Shown here piece after piece: positions 12,178 through 23,531 of a DNA stretch of 64,000 bases; the first letter of the stretch is position 1; each line of letters opens with the position of its first letter. Origin of the DNA: Podarcis gaigeae (lineage: Eukaryota). The notes beneath the pieces were generated by a model, which was not told the origin of the DNA, searched no databases, and saw nothing but the letters and a program-made list of their open reading frames with translations. The stretch lies in NCBI GenBank assembly GCA_964106915.2, contig OZ066914.1; one strand, written 5' to 3'. A program made the translations under genes and the position numbers.

Positions 12178-13622
12178 CTAAAATCCACACATAAGACATT
12201 AAAGATTTCGTTTTCTCATGGCTGATCAACACTCCACTAGACACTCTTCTAGACATTATATGACATATACATTGGGTGTTTATGCACTGATTTCTGCTGT
12301 TTACGTATTGGAGATATAATGAATTGGCATCTGTGGGTATTTTTGTACTGCCCTTCAATCATATTCCCAGTGCATTTTTAAAGAATCAATTTTTTTTTGA
12401 AATGTAAACACAAAATAAAATGCCATCATATTACAAAAGCAGGCAAAGAAGATTAAAAATGTATCTTAAAAGCCTGGAACTACAGAACATTTTTTGGTGC
12501 CAAAACAACAAGTAAGTGCTGGGAAACTTCCCTCTCTATCAGATTGCAGATATGATTTACAAATGGGCATTGATTGCACTTTAAAAGGAAGCACAATTCC
12601 TATCCTTTCCCACATGTACACGAAGATTGTTTTGTAAAATAAGTTTCTATAAACTTCCAGCCAATTTCTAATTTAAAATTTTTCAAATAAATATTACTGG
12701 GGGGGGGGCGGTGCATGGAGGGTGAAGAGCACCTTTCACACCCTGCCCCACCCTTGCTGGTGCCCAGGTGAAGACAGAGCACAGAGGGTACTTGCGTGTC
12801 CTGCAGGGGCTGGGTGAATTCATAGAGGGAGCCCTCCATGCTCATCCAGTCCCCACTGTTGACAGGCGCTCGCATGCGGGGGGGGGGGTGCCTGGTTCAC
12901 ACTTCCCAAGATTCTGTACCTGGGGTCATGGCCTCCCATGTTCTGCCCCTGCCACCACTATCAGTCGTGATTACTAACAATGTAAGACAAGTAAGGTAGC
13001 TAGGATGGCTTTAGGGAATAGGAACAAGCGGGGTGGGGGGAGGAATCAGATGTTCTTCTCCCACTCAGATTTTTTTCCAAGTAGAAGAATTTCAGAGCCA
13101 CAAACTCAGTTTGAGGAGGGCTTACAACTTGCCCCAGGGATGGGTCTAAAGGAACTGGGAATAGTCTAGTAGTTAAGCCTATTGTTGAAGTACTGAATGT
13201 TCCAGGTGTCTTATGAAAAAAGGAAGAATGAGTCAAATTGATTGCTTGAGACCCTAACCAAAGATTGATCTCAGGAGGACAGGAAAAGAGAGATCTTCTC
13301 AATAAGCCCCAGACAGCACTACAAAAAGCCTCTTTTAATAGGGTGGAGCACTCCTCATGCATACCGTGGCGCAAATCTAGAAGGCAAAAAAAGGCAATTT
13401 GGCAAAAATACGGTATGCATGAGGTACAGTGCTCTAATATGACTTACTTTAACTTTCAGGATCAACCTATATGTACATTTGTTTTTGTTTTCTTTCAGTG
13501 TAGTCTGGGGTTTAAAATAGTAAATACATTGTAGTTTCTAAAAGTGAAGATCCACTTTGTTAAATGTCAAGTACTAATTTGAACACGTTGTGTTTAGTAT
13601 TGTTAGTACATAAGAGATTGAG

Positions 13623-13870
13623 CATGGGTAGGCAAACTAAGGCCCGGGGGGCGGATCTGGCCCAGTCGCCTTCTAAATCTGGCTCGCAAATGGTCCGGGA
13701 ATCAGCGTGTTTTTACATCAGTAGAATATGCCCTTTTATTTAAAATGCATCTCTGGGTTATTTGTGGGGCATAGGAATTAGTTGTTGTTTTGTTTTTGTT
13801 TTTTCCAAAATATAGTCCAGCCCCCCACAAGGTCTGTGGGACAGAGGACCAAAAAAGTTTGTGACCCCTG
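13623..13870. mobile_element. hAT (Charlie-like) MITE
   Basis: TIRs catgggtaggcaaact / agtttgtgacccctg; 8-bp TSD agattgag at 13615-13622 and 13871-13878. Confidence 0.9.
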
Positions 13871-14357
13871 AGATTGAGGAACTAAATAAAATGTTAGGTA
13901 TACTTTCATGTCTAAGAACAGATTTAGATTGGGTGACAGGAAACTACAAACTACAAAAATAAAATATTGAATGCATGTGTTCCAAACAAAGTTTTTAAAG
14001 CAAATGTTACGAAGTACATTGTACTGCCTTCAGTCTTGCAGATTCTTGGTATCTGAAACAATGGCTGAAAAGTAAACAAAAGTAATATAATATGCTTGAC
14101 TTTTTGCTTGGTAAGTTATTGTTAAGACATAGTCTTCAATTCAAGCAGACTGGCTAAGATCCAGTTGATTTATATGCTGTGACTTTTTCCTGCTGTTTTC
14201 CATCAACTTTAATTGTGAAAAATGTTGCCACATTTGCCCTCTTGATATTATTTTGGAGATCAAGAAGGTCTTAAAGCATCCAGATGCATACAGTTCTACA
14301 CATATCTCTGGAATTAGCTCACCAAGGTCTGCTCTGCAATATTTTTAATTGACTTAC

Positions 14358-14491
14358 GTGTTCTGTGGGAAAAGAGGGATCATAAAAAGTCTTTACTATT
14401 GCATTCCATTCTTCACTGGGATTTCTCTTGGGGCCTGGATTGATACTTCCGGTATTCAAAGTGTCAGCAATTCCATTACTGTGGGTAGAAA
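14358..14491 (-). CDS. CCDC73: CCDC73 penultimate coding exon
   Basis: atcAG / GTaagt, 134 nt, phase 1 to 0; (V)STHSNGIADTLNTGSINPGPKRNPSEEWNAIVKTFYDPSFPTEH, matching human [38 protein letters not shown]. Confidence 0.93.
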
Positions 14492-15597
14492 CTGATTGAC
14501 AAAGAGGAAATGGTAACAACTGCCTCTTATTCTCTAGGTACTAATTATATAGTGCTAAACCCCATTTTATCTCTGATCCATAAAAAACACACCATTACAT
14601 TAAAGTACAGAAAATAGGTTTTGACACAACATTATACGTAATTAATTTGTAATATTCTCTTTTTTTGGAAAAGGAATATCAAACCATTTTAGAAATCAAA
14701 AAGCTACTTGTGCAAAAGCATGGTTTACTGCCTTTTTGCTTAAAGAACCCATTAACAAAAACAGAATGGGTAGGACTCAGACTACACATGGGAAAACACC
14801 CACAGAACTCTTCTGCTCAACTCATGGATGGAGCTCTGGAAGCCTACAGGAGACCTCCCTAGCCTTATTTAGATTCCTTCTCCTTACTCAAAATAACAAA
14901 CATGGAGAAGAGATAAAGAAAGGAGAAGGCATGTCAAGGTGTCTGTATATGTGTGTGGCTTGTAAGGGTTATTGTTACTAGGTTATGCTTGTTTTTAGTT
15001 GTGTGTGATCTCAGATTTGGGGCAGGTAAAGAAACACAGTACATCTCACAAGAAGATGTACATTTCATTATGAACAGATAATGTGGATGTGTGTGTCTGC
15101 TCAATCTACTCTCCAAGTGCTGACTGTTGATGGGCTGTTTCAGGCCCCCTGCGCTCGCTTATAAGCATTCTTTAACTTTAAACTGGACATGGACTGGGCA
15201 TCACTTCAAACAGAGGCCTGGCATCTGTAAAATTGGGACATGCAGCTTCCCGTCTTTCATAGCAGGCTGTTGAAGAGCCAAATATATTCTAAGTTTATGT
15301 TTACTTTTGGTGGTTGTTTGATTTGGGTCTTTCATTGCAAATTTATAAAGAAGAGAACCAGATCAGCTTGCATTAACCATACAATGACCACCACTGCATC
15401 CATTTTAATTTACACATACAAATTGATATGCTATCCAAATGTCCCAAAAAGGTCGGTAGCCAATCAAAATTGATGTTTACACCTTCAAATCTAGCAACGG
15501 TACATAGCTAGATGTATAAGGGTGTGTATGGTAGAATTGCACCAAGCCCTACACCTGTAAAGGGGCCCATACTCTCAGCCTTTTTACTCTTCTAAAT

Positions 15598-15715
15598 CAG
15601 CGTTTCCCAAACTAGGGACTCCAGCTACTGTTGGTCTACAACTCCCATCATCCCAAGCTAGCAGGACCAGTGGTCAGGGATGACAAGAACTGTAGTCCAA
15701 AAACAGCTGGAGCCC
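15598..15715. mobile_element. Palindromic hAT-type MITE fragment
   Basis: cagcgtttcccaaact end plus internal inverted repeat ccagct...ctacaactcccatcatccc / gggatgacaagaactgtag...agctgg. Related fragments near 5210-5355, 9055-9130 and 24490-24560. Confidence 0.65.
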
Positions 15716-16260
15716 TACCATTCAGCCCTAGGAGCCTTCATAAGGGAGCTGCTTCGAGAGGAAGAACTGTCGGGGGAGAGTGACTGTTTGCCATCAGCAA
15801 GTGGATAGTTTCATCTGTGCTGCCCCACTTCCAGCCAGAGTCCTTCAGAAGAGAGTTGCTACCATGGGCTTTATGTGTATGTGCATTTTAATGAGCTGAA
15901 TAGAGTGAAAGATTCTGAGTAAAGGGGGTGCAGAGAGTATGTGTATGAACATAACAGTGCTCAGCTTATTTTTGAGCTATTTTGTCGAAGTTTATTTTGT
16001 TTTATAGATTATAAATGCTATATTAATCATATAATGCAACTTTTGCTTTAATTTTGATGTTTAGCTTATTTTTTAGTTTAGTTAACAGTGTTTTATAGAT
16101 TGTAACCTTCACTGATTATTTGTTACTTATTCTACACAATTTATTCTTTATTTGTGATGTTGTTACTACTATTTTTTGTAAGCTGCTTTGGGATTCATTC
16201 AAATGAAAAGTGGCATAGAACTATAATAAGCCAAACAAAACAAAACACTTAATGTCTTAC

Positions 16261-17715
16261 CTAATGTATCTTCTCTTACGGCAGCATTCATATTCATAGT
16301 CTGCTCTACTTCCCATGAACTTTGTTTTTTAACTTCTTGCAAAAGTAGCTTTTCTTTCAAAGATGGAACCTTTTTGGAAGTTGAATTGCAAACTGTTTGA
16401 ATTTCACCTTCACATACCCTTGGTACATTTGAGTCTGCTGAAGTTTTTTCTGCTTTTTTATCCATAGTTGCGGAGTCAAAGGGTGGCCATCCACTTCTGT
16501 TTACTAAACCTTCTCTTGTCTTTATGGATAAGGAACATGATTCTTCTGCACTTCCTTTCACAACCATTTCCCTTGTGTCCGGACTACTTGATGGCTCTTC
16601 CCTTTCTTTTATTTGTATGCCTCGTTTCTCACAAACCACAAAGGATTGTTCACATGTAGTTTTGGATGTATGCAATTCCTTTTGTTCATCTTCTGCAAAT
16701 TTATTAACTTTCAAATCTTCAATCTGAGATTCACATACATTTTCAGAGTGAAGAGACAAAGACTCGTTTGTACTTTCAGGTGTCTCTTCTGTGACTTCTG
16801 TCAGTATGGAATCATCTTTATCAGATTGTCTGCTTGGTATTTCATTTATAGATTTAGATGAGTTTTCAGCATTTAAATTAAAATTGATAATTAGAGGCAG
16901 ATGATTCATGTTCCCTTCAGTGGTAATCAGAGTATTTACACCTAAATTGTCATTTGTGGAAGCAGGTGAAGGTGGAATTTTCTCTCGTGTGCTGCAAGTA
17001 CTACTTTGTTCACAGCATTTATTGTTTTCGCATGCATTATCACTATGTATTTCTTCAGGATTAGTATTAATCTCTTTACATAACAGAATATTGGAAATTG
17101 TTGAACTGGAGCTCTGACTTGGTGTTTCTTTACAAGTGTCATCATATCTATCAAAGCACACATTGTGCAGGTTTGTGTAATTATTCTCCACCTTTTGTGA
17201 CAAGATGGAACTAATTTCAGTCTTCAAGAGGCTATTTGTAATTTCCTCACTAGTAGCAATATCCTGAACTTTGGGTTCTTCAGCGAGTGCCTTATTTGTG
17301 GAAGAAGCTCCCTCATGGGGTGCACTGTTAATATTTTCATTTATCTCAAAAATAAATTTATCCCTTACATTTCTCTCTAGATGCTCATTGAGTTTAGTAC
17401 AATGATCAGTATCTGGAGTAGAACAATCCAAAGCTGCAGTGCTTTCTAAGAGCATCTTGGGTTCTTCCACCAATGAATAGCAACTGTTTGAGGAGTTTAC
17501 TTCTATCCTTGTCTGTATTTTATCAAATTCCTTTCCGTCTTCTTTTCCTGCGGCTGCTGTTCCTCCACACCCAGCAACTCCTGACCCACAGGTTAGTTCT
17601 GGAGTAATGAAATGAGCTGTGCAGATAACTTTGCTTGGAGAAGCCTCCTTTCGATTTTTATTGAAATGGCAAACCGCATTGTCTTCATTCATAATATTCT
17701 CAAGACAATCCAAAT
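16261..17715 (-). CDS. CCDC73: CCDC73 large exon (1,455 nt, low-complexity, probably disordered)
   Basis: aacAG / GTaaga, phase 1 to 1, open throughout (504-aa ORF in track). EESCSLSIKTREGLVNRSG...DKKAEKT resembles human EESHSFHIEPSGDLVNRSG...DKKTEKT. Confidence 0.93.
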
Positions 17716-17759
17716 CTGTTGGGTGTAAAGATTTTAATGATGAAAACTGGAAGGATGAA

Positions 17760-19130
17760 TGCTTTCAAATATAGTTCATATAAGGGATGTATTGACACTA
17801 TAATCATAGTTAGTTCCTTCATGAGTTTGTCTAATCCTCTTTTAAAGCCATCCAAGTTGGTGGCTATTACTACATATTGTGGGAGCCAAGTCCTAACTAT
17901 GCACTTTGTGAAGAAGTACTATCTTTTATCTGTCCCAAATCTTCCAACGTTCAGCTTTATTGGATGGCTCAGAGTTCTAGTGTTAGAACTTCAATTTCTA
18001 AATTAAAAAAGACCCCATTAGAAGAGTTACTCCAACTCCTTTATCATCTTGGTTGTCCTTTTTGTATTTCTTCCAGCTCTGCAATATCCTTTTTGTGCTG
18101 AAGTAACCCGTATTCCAAGTGTGGCTGCACCATAGGTTCGAATAAAGGCATTATGATATTGGCACTTATATTTTCAATCCATTTTTCAAAGCAGCCACAC
18201 ACTGGGTTGACATCTTCGTCAGTCCACTAGGACCACAAGGTCTCATTCCTGGTCAGTTGCTTCAAATTCAGACCCCATTAATATATATGTAAATATTAGG
18301 ATTTTCCCCCCATAATGTACATCATTTCACGCTTACATTGAATGACATTTGCTATTTTACTGCCCATTAACCCAGTCTGAGACATCCTTTTGCAGCTCCT
18401 TGCCATCCCTTTTTGACCACATTGAACTATTTGATACCATGAACAAATTTGGTTACTTCAGTGCTCACCCGTAACTCTTTCTCATTTATGAAAAACTTAA
18501 ACAGCAAAAGCCCCAATACTGATCCCAGGAAGACTCCATTGGGAGAACTGTTCATTTACTCCTAATTCCTATTCCTTAACCAGTTACTGATCTGCAAAGG
18601 GACCTCACCTCTAATTCTATGACTGCTAAGTTTATTCAGGATTCTTTGGTGAGGGAGCTTATCAAAAGCTTTTTGAAAATATCAGTAAAGACTGCTTGTT
18701 TTCACTCTGAAAGAAATCTAAAAGATAGATCAGTTGGTTAGAGCGTGGTGCTGAAAACACCAAGGTTACAGGTTTGATCCCTGTAGTGAGTGATCCTTGC
18801 AAAAGCTATTCCTGTTCAGCTTCAGCAAGATTTGTTCTTCTATATTCTTGATAATTCAATCTTTAATAATCGTTCCACCAGTTATCCTGGAACAGATGTT
18901 AAAATAACCAGCCTGTAATTGCCTGGATCCCCTCTTCATCTCTTTTTAGAAGCTGGTGTCACATTGATTACGTACTAGTCATCGGATATATGGAAGGTGA
19001 TTTTAGTGGCAAGTTACATCTTTTATTAGAAGAAAAACAATTACATATTTCAGTTCTTTAAGAACTCTCAGATGGATGCCACTCAGAAGTGGTCAGTTTT
19101 AAATTTATCACTAAGGCCCAGAACTTTGTC
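17760..19130 (-). mobile_element. Degenerate CR1 LINE (3' part of ORF2)
   Basis: Typical lizard CR1 reverse-strand sequence (tttgtctaatcctcttttaaagccatccaagttggtggc; tattccaagtgtggctgcacc; ttatcaaaagctttttgaaaat) with many stops. Boundaries approximate. Confidence 0.75.
18726..18785 (+). mobile_element. tRNA-Ile-derived fragment (SINE head or tRNA pseudogene) nested in CR1
   Basis: tagatcagttggttagagcgtggtgctgaaaacaccaaggttacaggtttgatccctgta resembles vertebrate tRNA-Ile(AAT) with A and B boxes, but lacks the acceptor stem. Confidence 0.7.
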
Positions 19131-19376
19131 TAGAACACAAGCAGCCCTGTTTGTTTTACTGAAAGATGCATTCCTAGCCCTGCTTTTCACTCATTCCATA
19201 CCCTTGAAATCCATAATCTCATTGCCCTTACTTGGCATCTCATAGTTTTATCAGCCTGGCTTTGTTCTGTCCTGCTGAAGTAAGCAAAGCAGTGCAGACA
19301 TCCTATTCCCCACCCACAATTATTTGTTGGATGGTGTGGGGGTGCTAATGCTCTCGTGGCTATCAGGGTGAGGGTA

Positions 19377-19704
19377 CAGTGGTGCCTCGCTAGACGAAAA
19401 GAATTCGTTCCGCGATTTTTCGTCTTACGAAGCAAGCCCATTGACAGCTTAGCGGATTAGCGCTACAGCTGTCAAGCGGCTTCCAGCGATCAGCTGTTAA
19501 GCGGCTTATCAGTTTATCAGCTTAGCGGCTTAAGAAAAGGGCGAAAAAAGCAGAAAAAACCCGCGGGGGGAGTGCAAGATTTTTTTCGTCTTGCGAAGCA
19601 ACCCCATAAGGAAATTCGTTTTGCGAAGCGCCTCCAAAACGGAAAACCCTTTCGTCTAGCGGGTTTTTCGTCTTGCGAGGCGTTCGTCTTGCGGGGCACC
19701 ACTG
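19377..19704. mobile_element. Young CpG-rich Tc1/mariner (Tigger-like) MITE, same family as 53691-54046
   Basis: TIRs cagtggtgcctcgc / gcggggcaccactg, TA TSD, many ttcgtcttgcga subterminal repeats. Confidence 0.92.
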
Positions 19705-19921
19705 TATTAGGCTGCAATTTTAATATGAGCATTTGGCAATGAATATGTATTTCAGTAATGTGAGATACTGATAATACATTTTAGCCTATGTACTTTAGTT
19801 ACCATAGCTAAAAAATAATTATTTTATTTTAGTTTTTCTTCAGCACACTTAGTATAGATCAACATCTTCTGGATTGTTTTTTTGTTTTTTTATATAATTA
19901 CACATACACACACATACGTAC

Positions 19922-20126
19922 CTTCAACACTAATTGATTCCTCTTCCCCTGTGTTTATATCAGTATTGCTTTGTTTTGCTTTTATTTCATCCAGATTCAA
20001 AGACCGAGTAGTTTTTAATCCAATGTCTCTTTGTTCAAGATTATTAGAAACTTCTTTTGATTTTTCTGTATATTTATTCCCTGTTTGGCTTGTATGCATT
20101 TGATTTTCATAACCTGTCTCGGCAAC
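19922..20126 (-). CDS. CCDC73: CCDC73 coding exon (205 nt)
   Basis: Strong ttttttaaattgcAG acceptor and GTacgt donor. Phase 0 to 1 exactly bridges the upstream exon and the large exon. VAETGYENQMHTSQ...EEESISVE(D); sequence similarity to human is weak. Confidence 0.8.
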
Positions 20127-20185
20127 CTGCAATTTAAAAAAGAGCACGTTTCTATTATTATTGAGCTGAAATGGGAAAATGGGTA

Positions 20186-20400
20186 CAGTGGTACCTTGGG
20201 TTAAGAACTTAATTTGTTCTGGAGGTCTGCTCTTAACCTGAAACTGTTCTTACCCTGAGGTACCACTTTAGCTAATGGGGCCTCCCGATGCTGCTGCACA
20301 ATTTCTGTTCTCATCCTGAAGCAAAGTTCTTAACCCGAGGTACTATTTCTGGGTTAGCAGAGTCTGTAACCTGAAGCGTCTGTAACCCAAGGTACCACTG
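20186..20400. mobile_element. Tc1/mariner (Tigger-like) MITE, same family as 61668-61820
   Basis: Perfect TIRs cagtggtaccttgggtta / taacccaaggtaccactg, TA TSD. Confidence 0.92.
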
Positions 20401-20470
20401 TATTTCACAGACATTTACACCTCTATGAAATTTGTTCCCCTCTTCAACAACGGTTGGTACCCCTCCATAA

Positions 20471-21060
20471 AAGAACATAAGATAAGCCTGTTGAATCAAT
20501 GGCCAATGGCCCATCCAGTCCATCATCCTGTTCTCACCGTGCTCAACCAGATGTCTGTGAGAAGCCTGCAAACAGGATATGAGCCCAGCAGCACTCTGCC
20601 CACCTATGATTCCCAGCGCCTAGTATTCAGAGGTAGAACATAGCCTCCATGAATTTTTCTAATCCTCTTTTAATCCAAGTTGGGTGCCATCCCTGCATCC
20701 CTGTGGGATCAATTTCCTTTTCTATGCTCTCTGAAGAAGTATTTTCTTTTCTCTGTCATGATTCTTCCAGCATTCTGCTACATTGGCTGTCCACAATTTC
20801 TAGTGTTATGAGGGAGGAATAAAAACTTTACTCTATCCATTTTCTCCATGCCATGCGTAATCTTATAAACTTTTATCATGTCGCCTCTTGCTTACCTTTT
20901 CTCTAAACCAAATAGTCCCAAATTCTACAATCTTTCCTCATAGGAGTTTTCTCCCTTCCCCTTGATCACTTAAGGTGCCCTTTTCTGGACCTTCTTTAAC
21001 TGTGCAATACCCTTGAGGGGAGGTGACGACAATTGTAAACAGTACCTGTATTCTAAATGC
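20471..21060 (-). mobile_element. CR1 LINE 3' fragment
   Basis: aagaacataaga tail followed by CR1 3' UTR/ORF2-like reverse-strand sequence; similar to 17800-18130. Confidence 0.72.
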
Positions 21061-21155
21061 AGTTCTTTCAACATTAAGCAATTAATATGGAAGGCGCAAG
21101 ATGACCATTCAATGGTTGGAAATGGAACCAACCGTCAGGGTGGCTGTCCTTTGTA

Positions 21156-22551
21156 TTTATTTATTTTTTAAATATTTATTAAAGATTTTCTTAATACAAT
21201 AAAGAAGAAAAAACAAAAGAACAACAAAAAAGAAAAAGCACTTACACCTTATACAAAAAGCATACCACAACCGAATCAATTAGATAATAACCATATTTTC
21301 TTCACTTTTTGGACTTCCTCACATCTCTCGTTCCTGCGTTCCTGGTTTATAAAACTTTAACCAGCAATTTATCACCTTGTTTCAATTCTTATTTTATAAT
21401 TTTCCAATATTGTGTCCCTAACTTTAGATACTTTTATCCAAACCTTAAATACTTAATTTAGACATAATATTTATCCAAAATTTATCTTTTCTTAAATTTC
21501 ACTTGTCTTCATATTCTTTTCAACTAGCTTTGTGGTGCCATGTTATTTACAATCTTGCATCTTTCTTAACACTCATACAGTTTGCAATGTTTTTGTAAAT
21601 AGTCCTTAAATTTCTTCCAGTCCTCTTCCACTGCTTCCTCTCCCAGGTCTCGGATTCTGCCAGTCATTTCTGCTAGTTCCATATAGTCTATCAGTTGCAT
21701 CTGCCATTCTTCCAGTGTGGGCAAGTCTTGGGTTTTCCAATGATTGGCAACAAGTATCCTTGCTGCTGTTGTTGCATACATAAAGAATGTTCGGTCCTTC
21801 TTTAACACCCTCTGGCCAACAATGCCTAAAAGGAAGGCCTCTGGTTTCTTAGGGAAGGTATACTTAAATACCTTTTTCAACTCATTATATATCATTTCCC
21901 AGAAAGCCTTAACTCTAGGGCAAGTCCACCAGAGGTGAAAGAACGTTCCTTCAGTTTCTTTACATTTCCAACATTTATTGTCAGACAGATGATATATTTT
22001 TGCAAGCTTGACTAGAGTCATGTACCACCTATATATCATTTTCATAATATTTTCTTTCAAGGCATTACATGCCATGAACTTCATACCGGTGGTCCATAAC
22101 CTTTCCCAGTCAGCAAACATGATATTATACCCAATGTCCTGTGCCCATTTTATCATAGCTGATTTAACCATTTCATCTTGTGTATTCCATTTTAACAGCA
22201 AGTTGTACATTCTTGAGAGTACCTTAGTCTTAGGTTCTAACAATTCTGTTTCCAACTTCGATTTTTCCACCTGGAATCCTATCTTTTTATCCAAATTAAA
22301 AACCTCTTTAATCTGAGCATAATGTAGCCAATCTCGCACTTTATCTTTTAATTTCTCCAAACTCTGCAGCCTCCAATTATCTCCATATTTTTCTAATATT
22401 TCCCAATATTTCGGCCATTTGGCCTCCATATTGAGTCTTTTCCGAGCCTTGGCTTCCATTGGTGATAACCACCTTGGGGTCTTGTTTTCCAATAAGTCTT
22501 TATATTTTGTCCAGACATTAAACATTGCTTTCCTAACAATATGGTTCTTGA
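21156..22551 (-). mobile_element. 5'-truncated L1-clade LINE with intact ORF2 C-terminus
   Basis: Perfect 19-bp TSD agggtggctgtcctttgta (21137-21155, 22552-22570); AATAAA (21175-21180, -) and A-rich tail. ORF 21566-22525 contains the CWKC...HLWWTC cysteine-rich motif typical of L1 ORF2. Confidence 0.93.
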
Positions 22552-23280
22552 AGGGTGGCTGTCCTTTGTAAAGGCCTCTGGATTACCGTCCCTTACAGTA
22601 TATTTGTCTATACTGTATTTACACTCAGCTCTGAACTTCAGGGGCTCCAGAATCTGTAGTAAAGGTTAGACTGGGGGGAGCAAGTACTCCAGCACAATGC
22701 TTCCACACACAAAGGAACACTGCTAAGAAAAAAATGAGCTAAAATTCTTAAAATAGAATCCCTGAATTTAAGAAAGAGAAGGTCCTTCACTGATGGCCTT
22801 CCTTTTACATTTTGTACATTTTCCTGGGCTACATGGATATGTCTAGAGCCAGGCCATATTGAAAAGGACAGCCAGGCTGAAATCTTCAGTAACAACCTCA
22901 CCAATATTGGCATCCTCCACTCAAGGCAGTATTTTTTATTTATAGTAGAAATGTATAGAAATCAGTTTTGATACTTGGATTTGTTCCTCTGGATTAGAAA
23001 TTTAAAAGTATACAAGAAGTAACTATGGATAAATCTTTCAATTCACTGAGGTCCTGTCATAGTTGAGGAAAACGTATCTCGTACTGAGATACCTAAAAGC
23101 TCTCAAACAATTATTCTAATGTCTCCAATGTGTGAACTAGATGGATTTCTAAAATATGCCTGTTCTTGTTTTAGTTAATAATAGCTTCTTGAACTTTTGG
23201 AATTATTTTAAATGTTTTTCTTATTTCCTAGTAACCTTGTTAATTCAGTAGTATTTAAATGGGGGGGGGGGGAACCTTAC

Positions 23281-23343
23281 TTCATTTTTCCAAGTTGCTT
23301 GTGTTTTCTCATATTCATTCTGAAGATTAAAGAACTTTTCTTC
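23281..23343 (-). CDS. CCDC73: CCDC73 coding exon 13 equivalent, partial (5' part in gap)
   Basis: EEKFFNLQNEYEKTQATWKNE then GTaagg; matches human [21 protein letters not shown]. Acceptor hidden in Ns. Confidence 0.9.
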
Positions 23344-23531
23344 NNNNNNNNNNNNNNNNNNNNNNNNNNNNNNNNNNNNNNNNNNNNNNNNNNNNNNNNN
23401 NNNNNNNNNNNNNNNNNNNNNNNNNNNNNNNNNNNNNNNNNNNNNNNNNNNNNNNNNNNNNNNNNNNNNNNNNNNNNNNNNNNNNNNNNNNNNNNNNNNN
23501 NNNNNNNNNNNNNNNNNNNNNNNNNNNNNNN
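23344..23531. other. Assembly gap (N run) covering part of a CCDC73 exon
   Basis: Run of N. Confidence 0.99.

Noticed and set aside
13950-14065. Extra CCDC73 terminal exon after a strong-looking polypyrimidine/AG
   Set aside because: The translated peptide has no similarity to CCDC73, whereas 11929-12177 matches the known C-terminus.
16199-17713. 504-aa ORF as a stand-alone novel gene
   Set aside because: Starts at TTG, is bounded by phase-compatible splice sites and resembles the CCDC73 large exon.
18726-18785. Functional tRNA-Ile gene
   Set aside because: Acceptor stem missing, anticodon loop and T-loop altered, embedded in CR1.
19440-19700. CRISPR-like or regulatory repeat array
   Set aside because: Eukaryotic context, no regular repeat-spacer period; these are subterminal and core repeats of a TA-flanked MITE.
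21566-22525. 319-aa ORF as a nested or domesticated gene
   Set aside because: It is the C-terminus of L1 ORF2 inside a TSD-bounded, 5'-truncated insertion; openness is explained by young age.
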